A DNA stretch of 64,000 nucleotides from Lama guanicoe (lineage: Eukaryota), in contig MU056000.1 in NCBI GenBank assembly GCA_013239625.1, forward strand, positions 13,467,175-13,531,174. Reading direction: 5' to 3'. The notes beneath the pieces are model-generated. The model saw nothing but the letters and a program-made list of their open reading frames with translations. It was not told the DNA's origin and made no database searches. Numbering within the stretch: position 1 is the stretch's first letter; each line of letters opens with the position of its first letter. Below are positions 12,416-25,924 of the stretch, in pieces. Both the position numbers and the translations under genes were made by a program.

Positions 12416-14864
12416 ACTTTGTTTTTATATTTTCATTTTTTCACTCTTGTCTATGAAAAATTAGGTGTAGACAAATATTGTGTCATGTGACATTTCAAAT
12501 GTGCCTATATCACATCTGAAATATAAATATTAATTTAGATGACATTCTGTTGTGATATTTTAAGGGTTAATGACAGTGAAGAACATAGTCAAATATTCAT
12601 TCCCAGAGTAACATAGAAATATCATTGTCACTGTGTTAAAAACATAGTGTTATAAACACAACCTGGTAAATTCCATTGGAAAAAAACATGTTGATCAAAC
12701 CTTAGGGGGAACTAGATTGTCTCCATTATAAGCAGTTGTATGGAAACAAATTTGAAATTTATATACATTGTTCTGCTGGGGCTTTGAATAACTCAGCTAT
12801 ATAATATTTCAGAAGAAGCAACAAGTGCGTTAAGAAAGGAAACGAATGCATGGTAGAAGTCAGACTAATCAAGGGAAACTGCTATAGCATATGTTGTTTT
12901 CTCTGCAGAAAAATCCAAATGGGACGTTCAGATGACTGAGACCGAAATTAATTTTATAGGCATTAACATTTGTGGGTGTTTCACACATGCAAGTGGAGAA
13001 CATTTCCCTTGATAGCAAAACAAAATGCGGTATCAGGAGGGACATAAACTGAAACTCATAGCTCCTTACCAATGGAGTTTTACATCAACTTTGTTTTCAC
13101 TGTTCTCACAAAATGTATACAGTGTTTTCTTACCAAAACACGTTGGTTAAAATAATGATAGATACTTTTAAGCTAAATGGATGCTAATTTAATATTGCTC
13201 AATCATTTATCCAACTTCAAGAAATGTCCCCTTGGCTTATAAGTATTTGGTGTCAATTCTCCACATTTTTGTGCTGTTTTGTAAAAGTAAAACATGAATT
13301 TTAAAAATGATTCCATAAACTTAACACGTTAAACATTTAGTATCGAAAAACATCAATCCCCACCACATTTCAAGTGTTCTGTAATGTTTTATGTTCTAAT
13401 TAATTGAGGGGAAAAAAAAAAAAACAACACTGTCTATGAAAAAACCTGTAACGTCATAAACATTACAACTGAAAATCTGATTTAAAACCTAACATTTGGA
13501 TCTGTGAACAGAACTATTTATTTATTAAGCAAGTATTTATCTATATAACATTTTATATAAGCAGCTGTGCTGGAGATTCAGACACTTTTCTAGTCCTCAA
13601 AAGTCTTAAAAAATAAACTTTACATCGTGTCCCAATGGTTAACCTAATTTTGTCAATTACATTTCAACAAGGTCTATCTCAATGTGGCCATAAAATCTGC
13701 AGCTTACAATGAACATGTTGTTTACTTTGTATTCAGTAGTAGAAATCGCCTCAAACTTTCTTATATTATAATTTATTCTGTTGAAATTTCAAAAATATGA
13801 GTGTTACTACAAAAATCCAGCCATAAATCACTTTCCTAAATAATCATATTTGACTAGGTAATATTAAGGGTCTTTTATATTTAAGAAATTTTTGATAACG
13901 TCACTATTTTATAGCACATATATTACTTGAACTTAATTTTAGATTTGGTTTAGTTTTTTATTTTATTATCATTTCAACACAGAATACTCTTTTGCTGTGT
14001 TTAATGTGTTTCCATGATGCTTTGTACTCACAAAATTACTGTCTACTATTAGTTTCTTTTTCCTCTTAGCATCTGTAAATGGATATAAGCCACCACATGG
14101 AGCCAGTAAAAATGTTGCAAATACTGGACTATAAGAAAAAAAAAACAGTTGACTTAAAATATAAGACCAAAATAATCTAATGACTAACTATTATAAATGT
14201 ATTTTCCACATCAGAAGCTAAACTAACAGACCCTGAGGTTTTGAGAATGAACAGTATGGTGATGAGAGACCGTATCATTTGAAAATATGTAAAGGTTAAA
14301 ATATAAGTTACCTAGTGAAGCTAAGATCAATGCTCACCAGGTATCAGTCAGCCATCCTTATATTTAGGTCACCCATTTTAGTTTAATATTTTATACTTTT
14401 GGCTTTCTTTTTGTCTTACCTCAGCTTTCTCTTTATCTATTCTCTTTTATTTGCTTTATTTGGATTATTATTTACATTAAATTTTTACCTCTACTTGTTA
14501 AAAAATTATATAGTCTGCTATTAATATTTTATTTAGCCTATAAATTTTAATAGGCTTATTTAGCATATGAAATGAAAAGGGATTATAATCGTTAGCATTC
14601 TCAATCATATCATCCAACTCAGAATACTTTAACTTTTTTCTCTGGAATACATATTCCATTGTTGTGATGCATTTTAGTTGTATTTTGTTCTCATAAATAT
14701 GTTGTTCTGGTTTAAAACAGTCAATGTTTACTTAGAATTAACGACATAGTTGCCATCATCTTTGTTTATCATTCCTTCTGTGTTGTGGAACATTATGGGT
14801 GAAGAGTATTTTGAAATGTCTTTAAGTAGGTTTTATTTTTGAAAAACTCTTTTTTTCCCATTTT

Positions 14865-17800
14865 TATCTATACATGTAATATATGGAAAGTCAAAGGACT
14901 TAGAATAACTAGGACAAATATAAATCATAACATAAAAAATGGAAAACAATTCTTATCAGAAATAAGATATCAATAATTAATAAAGTGTAAGGAAAGAAAT
15001 ATGGACCAATACAGCAAAATAGAGACAGAGTCTAGAAACAGAGTGACAATGTACAGTGATCTGTTCCTAACAAAAACACCACTGTAACTGAGTGTGGAAG
15101 TGATACAGTTCTGGGTTATGTGACTATCCACGCAATTTGAGGTGAATATATACCTAAATGTGAAAGGTAAAAACAATAAAATTGTTATTGGAGGGAAATA
15201 CACTTGTGGATTTGAAGTAAACAAACGTCTCTTAACCCTGAGAGTACTAGTTTCCAACTGATGTTGTAAAAATTGCCATAAATATACAGGCTTAAAACAA
15301 CACAAATACATTATTTCATAATTCTGAAAGCCAGAATTTCTAAAATCAAGATACAAGAAAAACTGTGTTCTTTCTGGATAATTTAGGGAAGGATTCATTT
15401 CCTTGTATTTTCTGGATTCTGGTGGCCACCTCTGTTACTTGATTGATGGCCACTTACTCTATTTTCAAAGTCACCAGAATAGAATCCTTAAATCTTTCTG
15501 TCTCTGTCTTCTTGACTTCCTCTTATAAGGGCACTTATGATTTTATTGGGTCCATTATATCATCTACAATAATCCCTGCATCTCAAGATCCTTAATCATA
15601 TCTGCAATTTTTTTTCCACCGACAGTACATATGCACAGAGTCAAAAAATTAAAATGTAGACATTTTCAGAGATGTCTTCTGGTCCCTAATGATTTACATC
15701 CATCCACATATAAAATGCATTCACCTGACCTCAATACCCCAAAAAGTCTCAACCCATTAGAGCATCAACTCATTATCCAAGATTTCCTTTAATAGCTATC
15801 AGTTCAAAAGCCTCAAATCTCATAATCTAAGTCAGATGTGGATGAGACTCTGGTCAGACTGACCCTGGGACAAAATTCCACTTCATATGTTGAGCATAAA
15901 ACTAAAAAATAAGTCACTTGCTCCCAAAATACAATGGCGGGACAGACGTAGTATTCAAGTTGTATACAATACCCTTTCAAAAATGAAAACAATGAAAGGT
16001 AAAAGGAGTCACTCATCAATTTGAAATCAGCCTAGGCTAACAGTTTCAAGGTTTGGTAATAATCTTCTGTGGTTCAGAGGTCCATGCTCTGGCTCATGGT
16101 TTTGCCTTGGAATCATCCTTCCTTTTTCATGAAGAGGTCATGTGTTTACATCAGACAATTTGTATTCACCTGCTCCCTTCCTGTAGAACTTTGGGAATCT
16201 TAGAGACTTCTTTGGTTTTCCTTCTTTGTCTTTTAGTCCATACTTGCAGTGTTTCTGTTGGTGTAACAGTTGTAATACCCTTCTGAGTTTCCTGTGTGTT
16301 TTAGGGAAATTCATTGCATTAGATAACAGGTTCCTTCATAGATCTCTCCTGGATAATCCTACCTGCAATTCCTGGTTTCTATGCTGATGTGGCTGAGGGC
16401 ATCATGAATCACATGTTGAATTTGTTCATAGAGACTGTTGGTAATTAAATTTGGTCCTTCAAAGACATTAGCCAAAGTTGCCCAGCCACATCCTCAGCTT
16501 TCAGACACTGAATCTCCTAATTTTACCATCTTTTTCATTATCATCAAGTCATGGCTGCTTTTTTGCTTGACAGTTCTTCTCTCCTTTCCTATGGACGCAG
16601 AATTTAACTATAAGCAATGAGAAGAAACTAGGTCACACCCTTTCCAATGTGCTTGAAAATCTCCTCAGCTAGCTATCTAAGTCCATCACTTACAAGTTCT
16701 GCCTTTTATATAACTACCAGATGGAATTCAGCTAAATAAGATTTCTCCCACTGTGTGATTATGACTCCCTCTCATCCAGGTTCCAAAAACATGTTGCTCA
16801 TTTCCCTCTGAGCCTCACCAGCAGTTCCTTCAATGTCCCCGTTTCTACCAAAACCCTGTGTATGCTGATGCATGTATTCTCTAAGATAATGTAGATTTTT
16901 CTCTATCATGCCCTCATGCCCTCACTTCCTGAGTTCTTACTAGCAGAGTTCTTAATATTCATATTTTTGCTAACAGTCTGTTCAAGTCAACCTAGACTAT
17001 TTCTATCATGCTCCTCAAAATTCCTCATGCTCTACTTATTATTCAATCCTAAACCAAATGTTTAGACCTTTCTCACAGCAGCCCCACACTTTCAGGGACC
17101 AAAATCTGTATTAGTTTTCTATTTCTGCTTAATAAATTACTACAAATGTCATGGCCAAAAAGTCCACAGATTTAGTATCTTAGAGTTCTGGAGGTCAGAA
17201 GTCCTATAGTCAATGTGTCAATAGGGCTGAATTTCCTATGAAAACACCAGGGGAGAATCAATAACTCAGCATGACTTCTTCATCCATCTTGAAAGCCAGC
17301 AACATACTGTCATCACAGCCCTCATTTCTGTTGTCACATCTCTTTCTCTGACTCTTAGATTATGTCTCCCTTTTATAAGGACCTTCATGATTACACTGGA
17401 CCCAACCAGAGAGCCCAAGATAACCTCTATATCTCAAGACCTTTAAATTAATCTTTAATCACATCTTCAACATCTTTGCAAGTAAGTAATATATTTATAG
17501 GTTGAAGGGATTAAGATGAAATCTTAATGAATGAAAAAGAAAGAAACCAGAACATGCATATTCAATGCATACACCTGATAAGGAATTTATATTCAGAATA
17601 TATAAAGAACTCCTGCAGATTAATAAGAAAAATGCTGTTTTAAAAATGGTCGAAGTCATGGACAGACCCTTCACAAAAGGATGCTTTCAAACAGAAATAA
17701 GCAAATAAAAACCGTTCATCATTAAACAAGACAGCAATGAAGGTTCCCTTTGAGTTATCGATGTATACCCCCCCAACATAGCTAAATTCAAAGATTCGAT

Positions 17801-18185
17801 TGTCAATACAAAATCTAGGGTTTTCGTATTTTGTCATGTAGATTTTTTTCAATAATTTTCCTTTTTAAAAAATATTACTTTAAAATATTTATCTTGATTA
17901 CTGAAGTTTTAGAGGCCAAAAGCATCATTTGCCTTGCCCGACTCCCAGTCCTGAATTAAAGTACAAAGACAGATAAAACCAATCAACAGTAGTAAAGGTG
18001 AGACTATTGGCTGCCTTTTGGGAGTGTGGTATTGATAAGGAAGAAACACTACGGAGCCTTTGGGTGCTGGAAATGATCTATATCATTACTGTGGTGTCAG
18101 GTGTTGGGTGTATAACTATGTAAAATTTATCAAACTATACAATCTATAGACTATGCTGTATATAATTTATGCTTCAAATAATTAA
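14865..18185 (+). mobile_element. Old L1M(E) ORF2/3' region split by the MLT1 provirus
   Basis: L1-like text on both sides (gaccaatacagcaaaatagag, cctaaatgtgaaaggtaaaa / tacacctgataaggaatttatattcagaatatataaagaactcctgcag, ggtgctggaaatgatctatatc). Confidence 0.65.
15243..17520 (-). mobile_element. Complete MLT1 (MaLR) element: LTR ~15243-15670, internal ~15680-17106, LTR 17107-~17520
   Basis: Two homologous MLT1A-C-like LTRs in the same orientation; MaLR junction ..ggaccaaaatc|tgtattagtt at 17107; MLT-int motifs such as tccatcacttacaagttctgcctt. Confidence 0.85.
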
Positions 18186-18619
18186 AATAAGCAATTGCTA
18201 AGCAATTCCCATAAGAACTGAATAGTAAAAAAAAAAATTATCAACTTTCTTTCACTTTCAACTATCCCTTCTATATGTCTAAATAAGTAAATCAAAATTT
18301 TTACATCTCCTGTGGGGGAGTACACTTACATTTTAGCTTGCTTTTACATTCAGGATGTAAAATTTTAATCATATTTCTGCAGGAGGTGGTTTCTATTAGA
18401 CTCCAGAACTTGTATGAACTCTGCAATTTGTTTCATGCCCCCTGCTTCTTGCAAGGCCAAGAAAACAAAACTCAAAATTTCTTATGCAGAAAACTGACTT
18501 TAGTGTTCTTGCTTTTCAGTGTTATTGATTTCCCTTAGTTCCTGGCATCTGAGAAATTCCTACTTTCTTTACACTTTATTAATACATTTTAAATATTTTT
18601 AAAAACATACATATCTATC

Positions 18620-18850
18620 TGTTACGGTCTAAATTGGACCCCACAAATTCATACGTTGAAGTCATAATCGCCCAGAACCTCAGAGTGTGATTGTGTTTGG
18701 GGACAGAGTCTCTTAAGAGGTAAGTAGAGATGAATGATGTCATATGGTCGGCCCATGTCCAATACGACTAGTATGCCTTTAAGGAAAGGAAGTGACACTG
18801 TTTTCACAGGCACAGAGGGAAAAGGCTTCTGGGGACACAGTGAGAAGAGA
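18620..18850 (+). mobile_element. MLT1A/B-like LTR, partial
   Basis: tgttacggtctaaattggaccccacaaattcatacgttgaagtc..cctcagagtgtgattgtgtttgggg. Confidence 0.78.
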
Positions 18851-19699
18851 AGGAAAATCAGGAGAAATGAGCGCTGCCAACAAATTGATCTTGGAGATGC
18901 ATTCTTAAAGGAACTTCTTAAGGTTTGGGTTTTTTTGTTTAGTTGTTTTTAAATTTTATTTTTATCTGCCATGCTATAACAGCTAATAGAGAGCATGTTT
19001 ATGACAGTCATAAACCAAAAAGATAAAGAATCTTTCTATGATTCCATTTTCCTCAGCGTGATTCAAATGAAAGATCACCCCAAATAAATACATTTTAAAA
19101 ACCATAAACATGCTTCAAGAAAAAATAGTTCAAGAACAAGTGGTGATTGCTTGTTGATCAAATGGCAAGCAGGGACAGAGAGGCAAGAAAATAAAATCAA
19201 ATTTAAGCGTCTCAGTGATACTTATATAAGGTTAGTGTGAGACATTGAAAAGTGAACTTTTCAGGTTTTAATCTATTGAACGCCTGTGAACAAGTGCATT
19301 TAACTTTAAGTTATTTCTGCTGTTCTCAGAGATAATATTTTCTTTTTAAATGCCTTCAATTTTTAATTTATGAGATTGACTGTACGTATTTGGTTTCATA
19401 GAAACATGCAAACTGAGTACTAAGGGTCGACTAATTTTTTTTTTTTTGATTTGTTTGTAGAAGGTGATACTTCTTTAGACAAGGAAACTGAAGTTTCATC
19501 CTGTACTAAATGTAGTGGCAATCTAGGTAAACGTATTATTTTACCTAATGTCATAAGACTTTCATTTCATACAAAAGAAAAATATGCAAAAAAGTATGCC
19601 CAATATTTACATACACGTCTATGAAGTGTAAAGTATCTTGACAATATCTAAGGTTAAGTGACTTTCTTTCAATTGGCAGAAAAAATATTAAGACAGATT

Positions 19700-19709
19700 G
19701 TAGATAGAT

Positions 19710-19742
<33 letters not shown>

Positions 19743-19746
19743 CAGA
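19700..19746. repeat. (GATA)n microsatellite
   Basis: tagatagatgatagatagatagatagataatagatagatagac. Confidence 0.95.
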
Positions 19747-21869
19747 AACATTCATAATTCCTTTGTAAAAAGTATAGCCAAAAATGTTGTGACTGATACA
19801 AGAATCTTGCCTGAATCTTTTGCACAAACTCTAGATTACACATATTCAAGAGATCACTGTCAAATCACGTGTATTCTCTTGACTGATTATGCTGCTATTA
19901 AATAATAGCTAAATATTCCCTAATTTAATAACGTTCTAACCCTCAAGAGCCCAGTGTAATTTTGATAGCTGCTACCATTTATAACGTGGTCACAGATGTG
20001 CATATTTCCCTTGTTCCAAAATCACAATGCAATTTAATTCATCTCAGCTATCAATCAAATACCCTTTGATTAAATACAAATAGACTTTTTCATGTGTGCT
20101 GCTTTTGAAATACAATATATAATAATAAGAGAGCTTTTTCCATCTTACAAACTTGCCCATATATATGTATGCAACAATGATTTTATAGCACTAAAAAATA
20201 TGTTGATTTATTTGCTTTATTTGTGGTTAGCCTAAAGCTACAAATTGATAGGACTAATGCAAAATTAAAATATAGATTCTTGCCACTATATGAGGGAGAA
20301 ATGAAACCAACATGTTGTGTCATTATTGTAATATTTATGTAATAATACTAGTTGCTGTAAAAAAGACTGCTACGTTTAAACGGTTTGGTACAACAACAGT
20401 TTAATTATTGCCCCCATTGCAGACCCATACGATTTTTCAACAGAGAGGAAAGGGGAGAATTCTGCTCTATTCAGAGTTGGAAACTGACATCTGCCACATC
20501 TGACCTTCGAGGTAGTTTTACGCATGAACACTCAGTTGATCAGCAATGAAGTGAGGATGCCTGGGACACTGACTTCACACCAGCCTCAGTTTAGAAGTGA
20601 AACACACCACTCCAGCATATGTTCATTGCAGCAAACTAGTCATTTAACCCCAACAAGAGGGAGGGATGTGAGGAAAAGATGTGACGAGAGGGAGGGATGT
20701 GAGGAACAGAAAGCGGGGACCTGGGGAAAGGGCTTCCTGATTGGTTAGTCATTACAAGCGATAAATACATTCTGTGGAAAAGAGATTACAATTTTTGGTG
20801 GACAGTGTCTGCTATAATCTGCCCTCTATTCTACAGACATCCTCATGTGCCTTTCCTTTTGTGTCCCGAGCAATCTCAAGCTCTCTCAAAGGAAACAACC
20901 CCAAATCCCATTCAATCAATATATTGTGCACACGGTCCAGGATCTCCCGACACTTCTCTGTGGGTTTCTCCATGATCTGGTAAACGCTGACCTAAAATAC
21001 ACGCCCCAAAGGGAAGTAAGGGTGGGGCGAATAACAGCACTAAAAAGTTTCAATTTAAAAGAGAAGCATGGAAATGCAGAAACATTTTTGTACATAGACT
21101 GGATAAACTCCTATGACAGATCATCAAATCCTCCATCTTGAAGAAGAGAAAGTTTTTTAACTAGAGCATGATCTGCTCTCTTGGGAGGGACTACACTGTC
21201 CATGGTCCCTGGAACCTAGCTGGGAAGCAACTAACTTCCTTGTCAATTATTTCTAATGATCACTGTCCTAATTCCTACTTTCTCAAGTTTGAGGACCCAT
21301 AAGTCATTTTGACATTCCCATGGAAAATGGTGGTTTTAAGATAACGTATTTCACTGGCAATATGTCATTCCTCATACGCTTTTTGATCCTCTTACTTTTT
21401 TGACTCCAGTCACTTCCACATGTCTGTAACCATACTCAAAGTTCTTTCCTTGGCATAATTACTAAGAATGATTTATTTGCCATCTCACAAAGCCTCACAT
21501 TCTTAAATTAATGAGAGCTAATATGAAGCTTGTTAAAAAAAAAAAAAGCTTGGGTGGAAAGATTATAGCCTTAGTCTGGACTTTGGACAGGGATGAATTT
21601 TTATATTTCACTAAGAATTCTGAATAGACCTTCATTATTCTATGGTTTGTGTGTGTTTGCTTGTTTGTTTTTATTTTTATTTTTTAAAGAAACTTAGAGT
21701 GTTTCAGATCTACAAGACTTGCTTTTTCAAAACTTTGAGGTTCAAGCTTTGAGAAATTTTTACTTTGATTCAGTTCACTCTTGAATATGACAATTGCTCA
21801 ATTGGTATTTGTGTTTTTTCATGTGGATTACACATTAACAAGTTTAAAACTGTTTTACATGAATACAAG

Positions 21870-22441
21870 TTTTTTTTTATTGAGGTATAGTTAGTTTACA
21901 ATATTGTGTCAATTTCTGGTGTACAGCACAATTTGTCAGTCATACATGAATACACATATATTCATTTTCATATTTTTTCACCATAAGCTACTATAAAATG
22001 TTGACTATATTTCCCTGTGCTATACAGTATAACCTTGTTTATCTATCTATTTTATATATACTAGTCAGTATCTACAAATCTTGAACTCCCAGTTTATCCC
22101 TTCACAACCCCCTCCCCCCGGCAACCACAGTCTGTATTGTATGTCTGTGAGTCTGTTTCTATTTTATATATGAGTTCATTTGTCTTCTTTTTTTTTTAGA
22201 TTCCACATATGAATATCATATGGTATTTTTCTTTCTCTTTCTGGCTTACTTAGAATGACATTTTCCAGGGTCATGCATGTTGCTGCAAATGGCATTATTT
22301 AATCACTTTTTATGGCTGAGTAGTATTCCATTGTATAAATATACCACAACTTCTTTATCCAGTCATCTGTTGATGGACATTTAGATTGTTTCCATGTGTT
22401 GGCTATTGTAAATAGTACTGCTATGAACATTTGGGTGCAGT
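21870..22441 (-). mobile_element. 5'-truncated LINE-1
   Basis: Poly-T plus antisense 3' UTR; minus ORF contains CTQMFIAVLFTIANTWKQSKCPSTDDWIKKLWYIYTMEYYSAIK (L1 ORF2 C-terminus). Confidence 0.95.
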
Positions 22442-22540
22442 GTTGAGTTCTGAACAAATAAATGGATGATGGATTGTAAGGGGGCAGGCTTCTCGTTGTC
22501 AGAGAGGGGAATTTCAAATCATCAAAAGGGAAAGGCTAGA

Positions 22541-22941
22541 TCATCAAACTAATTGAAGTAAGACAGAAAGAGAAAGAAAAATACCATATGATATATCACT
22601 TATATGTGGAATCTTAAAAAGTAGGAAAAATGAACTTATTTTACAAAGCAGAAACAAACTCACAGACATAGAAAACAAACTTGTGGTTACCAGAGGGGAA
22701 AGAGGAGGATGGAGGGATAACTTGGGAGTTTGAGACTTGCAGTTACTATGATACAAAAAAATAGATAAACAACAAGATCCCACTCTATAGCACGGGGGAC
22801 TATATTCAATACCTTGCAATGCCTATAGCAAAAAAAAATAGAAAAGGAATATATATATATATATATAATGTATGAATCACTCTGCTGTACACCAGAAATT
22901 AACACAACATTGTAAACTGAATATACTTCAATTAAAAAAAA
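22541..22941 (+). mobile_element. 5'-truncated LINE-1 with TSD
   Basis: L1 3' UTR ending tgtaaactgaatatacttcaattaaaaaaaa; direct repeat AAAGGCTAGA at 22531-22540 and 22944-22953. Confidence 0.93.
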
Positions 22942-23064
22942 GTAAAGGCTAGAATTATCCTGTTTTACTGGATTAAAGTTGGAAACAGAATGAAGTAATG
23001 TTTAGCTTAATATTAGAACAATTATATAGACACAGAAACAATTATAGATATGTAGGTAGTAGGT

Positions 23065-23330
23065 GGTATTAGGGTCCTGTTGCTGATGTAGCAAACATTA
23101 CAAAGTTACCATCTTAAAGCAACCCAAAATTATTACCTTAAAATCCAAAAAGTCAGAAGTTCTAAATAGATTTCACCAGGCTAAAAGCAAAGTTCATCAA
23201 AATTTCTTTGCTTCTAGAGGCTTTTGGGAAGGATTCTCCTCACATTTTCCAGCCTCCAGGGGCCATCAGCATTCCTCGACACGTGATACCTTTTCCATCT
23301 TCAAAGGCAGACATGGTATATTAAAATTAC
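23065..23330 (-). mobile_element. MLT1 LTR fragment
   Basis: gtattagggtcctgttgctgatgtagcaaac..tctagaggcttttgggaaggattc..ttttccagcctccagggg. Confidence 0.65.
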
Positions 23331-23581
23331 TTCAATCCCCCTACTAATCAAATTGATTCAATTAAAATGGTGAAGTCTACAAATTGGCAAAAATTTAAAG
23401 AATATTATCCATTCATAGTTGGGGTAGAACATATAAGAATTATTAAATCTTTTGTCTATTGTCAGAAGTAATTGGTACAAATGTTCTTGAAGAAAACTTA
23501 GGAGAAGTACTAAAAGCTCTTAAAAAGCATACAATGTTTAATTATGACATTCAACATAGGAACTGACATTTAGAAAACATT

Positions 23582-23762
23582 TATTGTGTATGTATGTACC
23601 ACATTTTCTTTATCCATTTATTGGTCTCTGAACACTTCTTGTATTTTGGCCACTGTGAATAATGCCACGGTGAACAGGAGTATGCAAACATCTCTTCAAG
23701 ATAGTGCTTTTATTTCCTTTGGATATACACCCAGAAGTGGGACTGCTGGATCACACTGTACA
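23582..23762 (-). mobile_element. LINE-1 ORF2 3' fragment
   Basis: accacattttctttatccatt..ttggatatacacccagaagtgggactgctggatca. Confidence 0.8.
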
Positions 23763-24229
23763 TCTTAACTGGGTATAATTTTTTGTCAAATATACCTTAA
23801 CAAATCTGGGGAATTTTTTTTAACAAGAAAATAAAGCTATTATGAAATTTAAGAAAATCTGTATGTATGAACTATATTGGTAAGGCAAAGTTGTATATTA
23901 TACAGTGTTATGAAAATGGTTATACTCTACGCAGCCATTAGGAAAGTGGTTGACATGAATGAATGGTTTGATTCATCAGTTTTCTCCCATGTATTATTTA
24001 TTTATTTTTTTGCAGCCTAATTTTTTTCTAGGTGTTTGTTCTGTTTTACTGTGAGTTTTAGTATTCTCAGCAAGGTCCATTATGGGCATGTTGATAAAAA
24101 CATGTATAAATCTTTGGTTAAAAATATCTAAACATATGTCTTGGTTTCTTTTGGCTATGATGCACCTCCCAGTCTCTTCTCATTTCCAAACCTAAAGCCA
24201 GTTCTAAACCCAACTCTTAAGTACTTGTG

Positions 24230-24714
24230 ATCGCAGCACCCTACTTCCTGCTTCCTGCTACCAAAATCTGTACGTTTCCTATGACTACTGTAACACATTC
24301 CCACCAATCTGGTAACTTAAAAAACAATGGAATTTCATTCTCTCACATTTCTTAAGATCAGGTCCCAAACCAAAATTCTTCAAGGCTGCACTCTTTTCAA
24401 AGGCTCCAAGGGAGAATCCATTTCTTACCTCTCCTGGGTACTGGGAGTTGCTGGCATTCCTGGATTTGAGGTCACATCATCCCAGTCTCTGCCTCTGTCT
24501 TCACAAAGCTTTCTCCTCTGTGTGTGTCAGGATCATAGAGTTTGCGTTTGGGACCTATCCTGATAATCCTGGGGAAATTCTTCCTTTTAAGAACTTCAAC
24601 TTAGTCACATCTAAATAAAGATAATATTTATTCTTGTGCTATATCAGATAATATCCACCATTCTGAGGATTAGAATCCTGACATATCTTTGGCGCCATGA
24701 TTCAGCCCACCACT
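24230..24714 (-). mobile_element. MLT1B/C-like LTR with a short adjoining internal segment
   Basis: ctaccaaaatc|tgtacgtttcctatgactactgtaacac..ggattagaatcctgacatatctttgg..attcagcccaccac. Confidence 0.8.
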
Positions 24715-25249
24715 ATATATACTTACAGAACAGTACGTGGAAACTAAAAATAGAATTTTCTTTCTGTACTGAAACCATAATCCTACATATTTTAATGCAT
24801 TTTACTTCATTCTATTGGAAGTGAAGTTTAAAAAGTGAATTTACAGTTATGAAGTATATTGTTTTGCTGGATTTTGATTAATTGAAGTTCTGCCAACATT
24901 AATATTTTCTCATCAGTGTGGGGAGCAAAAATTGAATTTTTGACTTTATTATGAAATGCAGTCATTTCCCTCTGCACTCTTTAAAGAACTGAAAACATTC
25001 CCTGTCACCTTCTGTGGCTCCTTCCCGCCAAGGTAATTCCCTACTACTTGCCAAGCTCCTGCTCTTGCCTGAATGAATGGCCTGCATATCTGATAATCTT
25101 CCTCGTGTCATGTTTGTCACTTCCCAGAGGCACAATGCAAGCAATTGATTTTCCTTTAAGATATTTGCTCTAAAAGAAGCCAAAAACTTGTCACAAGCTG
25201 AAGACGAAGGGCAGAAGGGTGCCTTAAAATTGTGAGGTGAACCAGGGGG

Positions 25250-25400
25250 CAATAGAGCAGAGTGAAAGAGCACAGGCTTTGAGGTGAGACAGACCACCAG
25301 CTGTGGCCCCTGGGCAGTCAGAGAACTCTCGTGGGCTTTAATGGCCACAGCTGTGAAATTGGTGTGACCATCCCGCCAGTGCCCATGACTGTTACAAAGG
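25250..25400 (+). mobile_element. MIR SINE fragment
   Basis: agagcagagtgaaagagcacaggctttgaggtgagacagacc. Confidence 0.6.
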
Positions 25401-25524
25401 CAGTCACATGGCACGTGCATGTGTGATTATTGTTTGTTATTTATCATCACTGACGTGAGATATAGAAATAGCATAGCAGAGGGTCTGATGTGAGGTGGGT
25501 TTTTTTGGTATTTTATTTTATTTT

Positions 25525-25842
25525 TCCAATTTTCTTGAGATTCACATTTATTTATAATTGACACAGAGCACTATATAAATTTAAGGTCTACAGCATGACT
25601 CGACTTTACATATATTGTGAAGTGATAACCACAATAAGTTTAGTTAACATCCATCAAGTCATATTAAAAAAAAGAAGAAAAGATTTTTTTTCCCTTGTCT
25701 TGAGAACTCAGGATCCACTCTGTTAGCATCTTTCTAACATGCCACACAGCAGTGTTAACCATGGCATAGTGTTGTACATGACATGCTCAGTCCTTATGTA
25801 TCTTATACCTGGAAGTTTGTGCCTTTTGACCACCTTCCTCCA
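25525..25842 (-). mobile_element. LINE-1 (L1MA/MB-like) 3' end
   Basis: taattgacacagagcactatataaatttaaggtctacagcatg..ggaagtttgtgccttttgaccaccttc. Confidence 0.8.
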
Positions 25843-25924
25843 GGGGTGGCAGGTGGGGGACTTGGATGAGGGAGATTTTTAAATTTTAAGAAGTGTCTAT
25901 TATCTTATTAACTATGGGATAGGA

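Noticed and set aside
14970..15398. 142-aa minus-strand ORF
   Set aside because: Spans the junction between an old L1 and an MLT1 LTR, so it is a chance frame.
21870..22941. Single twin-primed (5'-inverted) L1
   Set aside because: Both pieces have their own 3' end and poly-A, and the plus copy has its own TSD.
24962..25420. 152-aa minus-strand ORF
   Set aside because: Overlaps a MIR fragment, uses a non-ATG start and has no recognisable motif.
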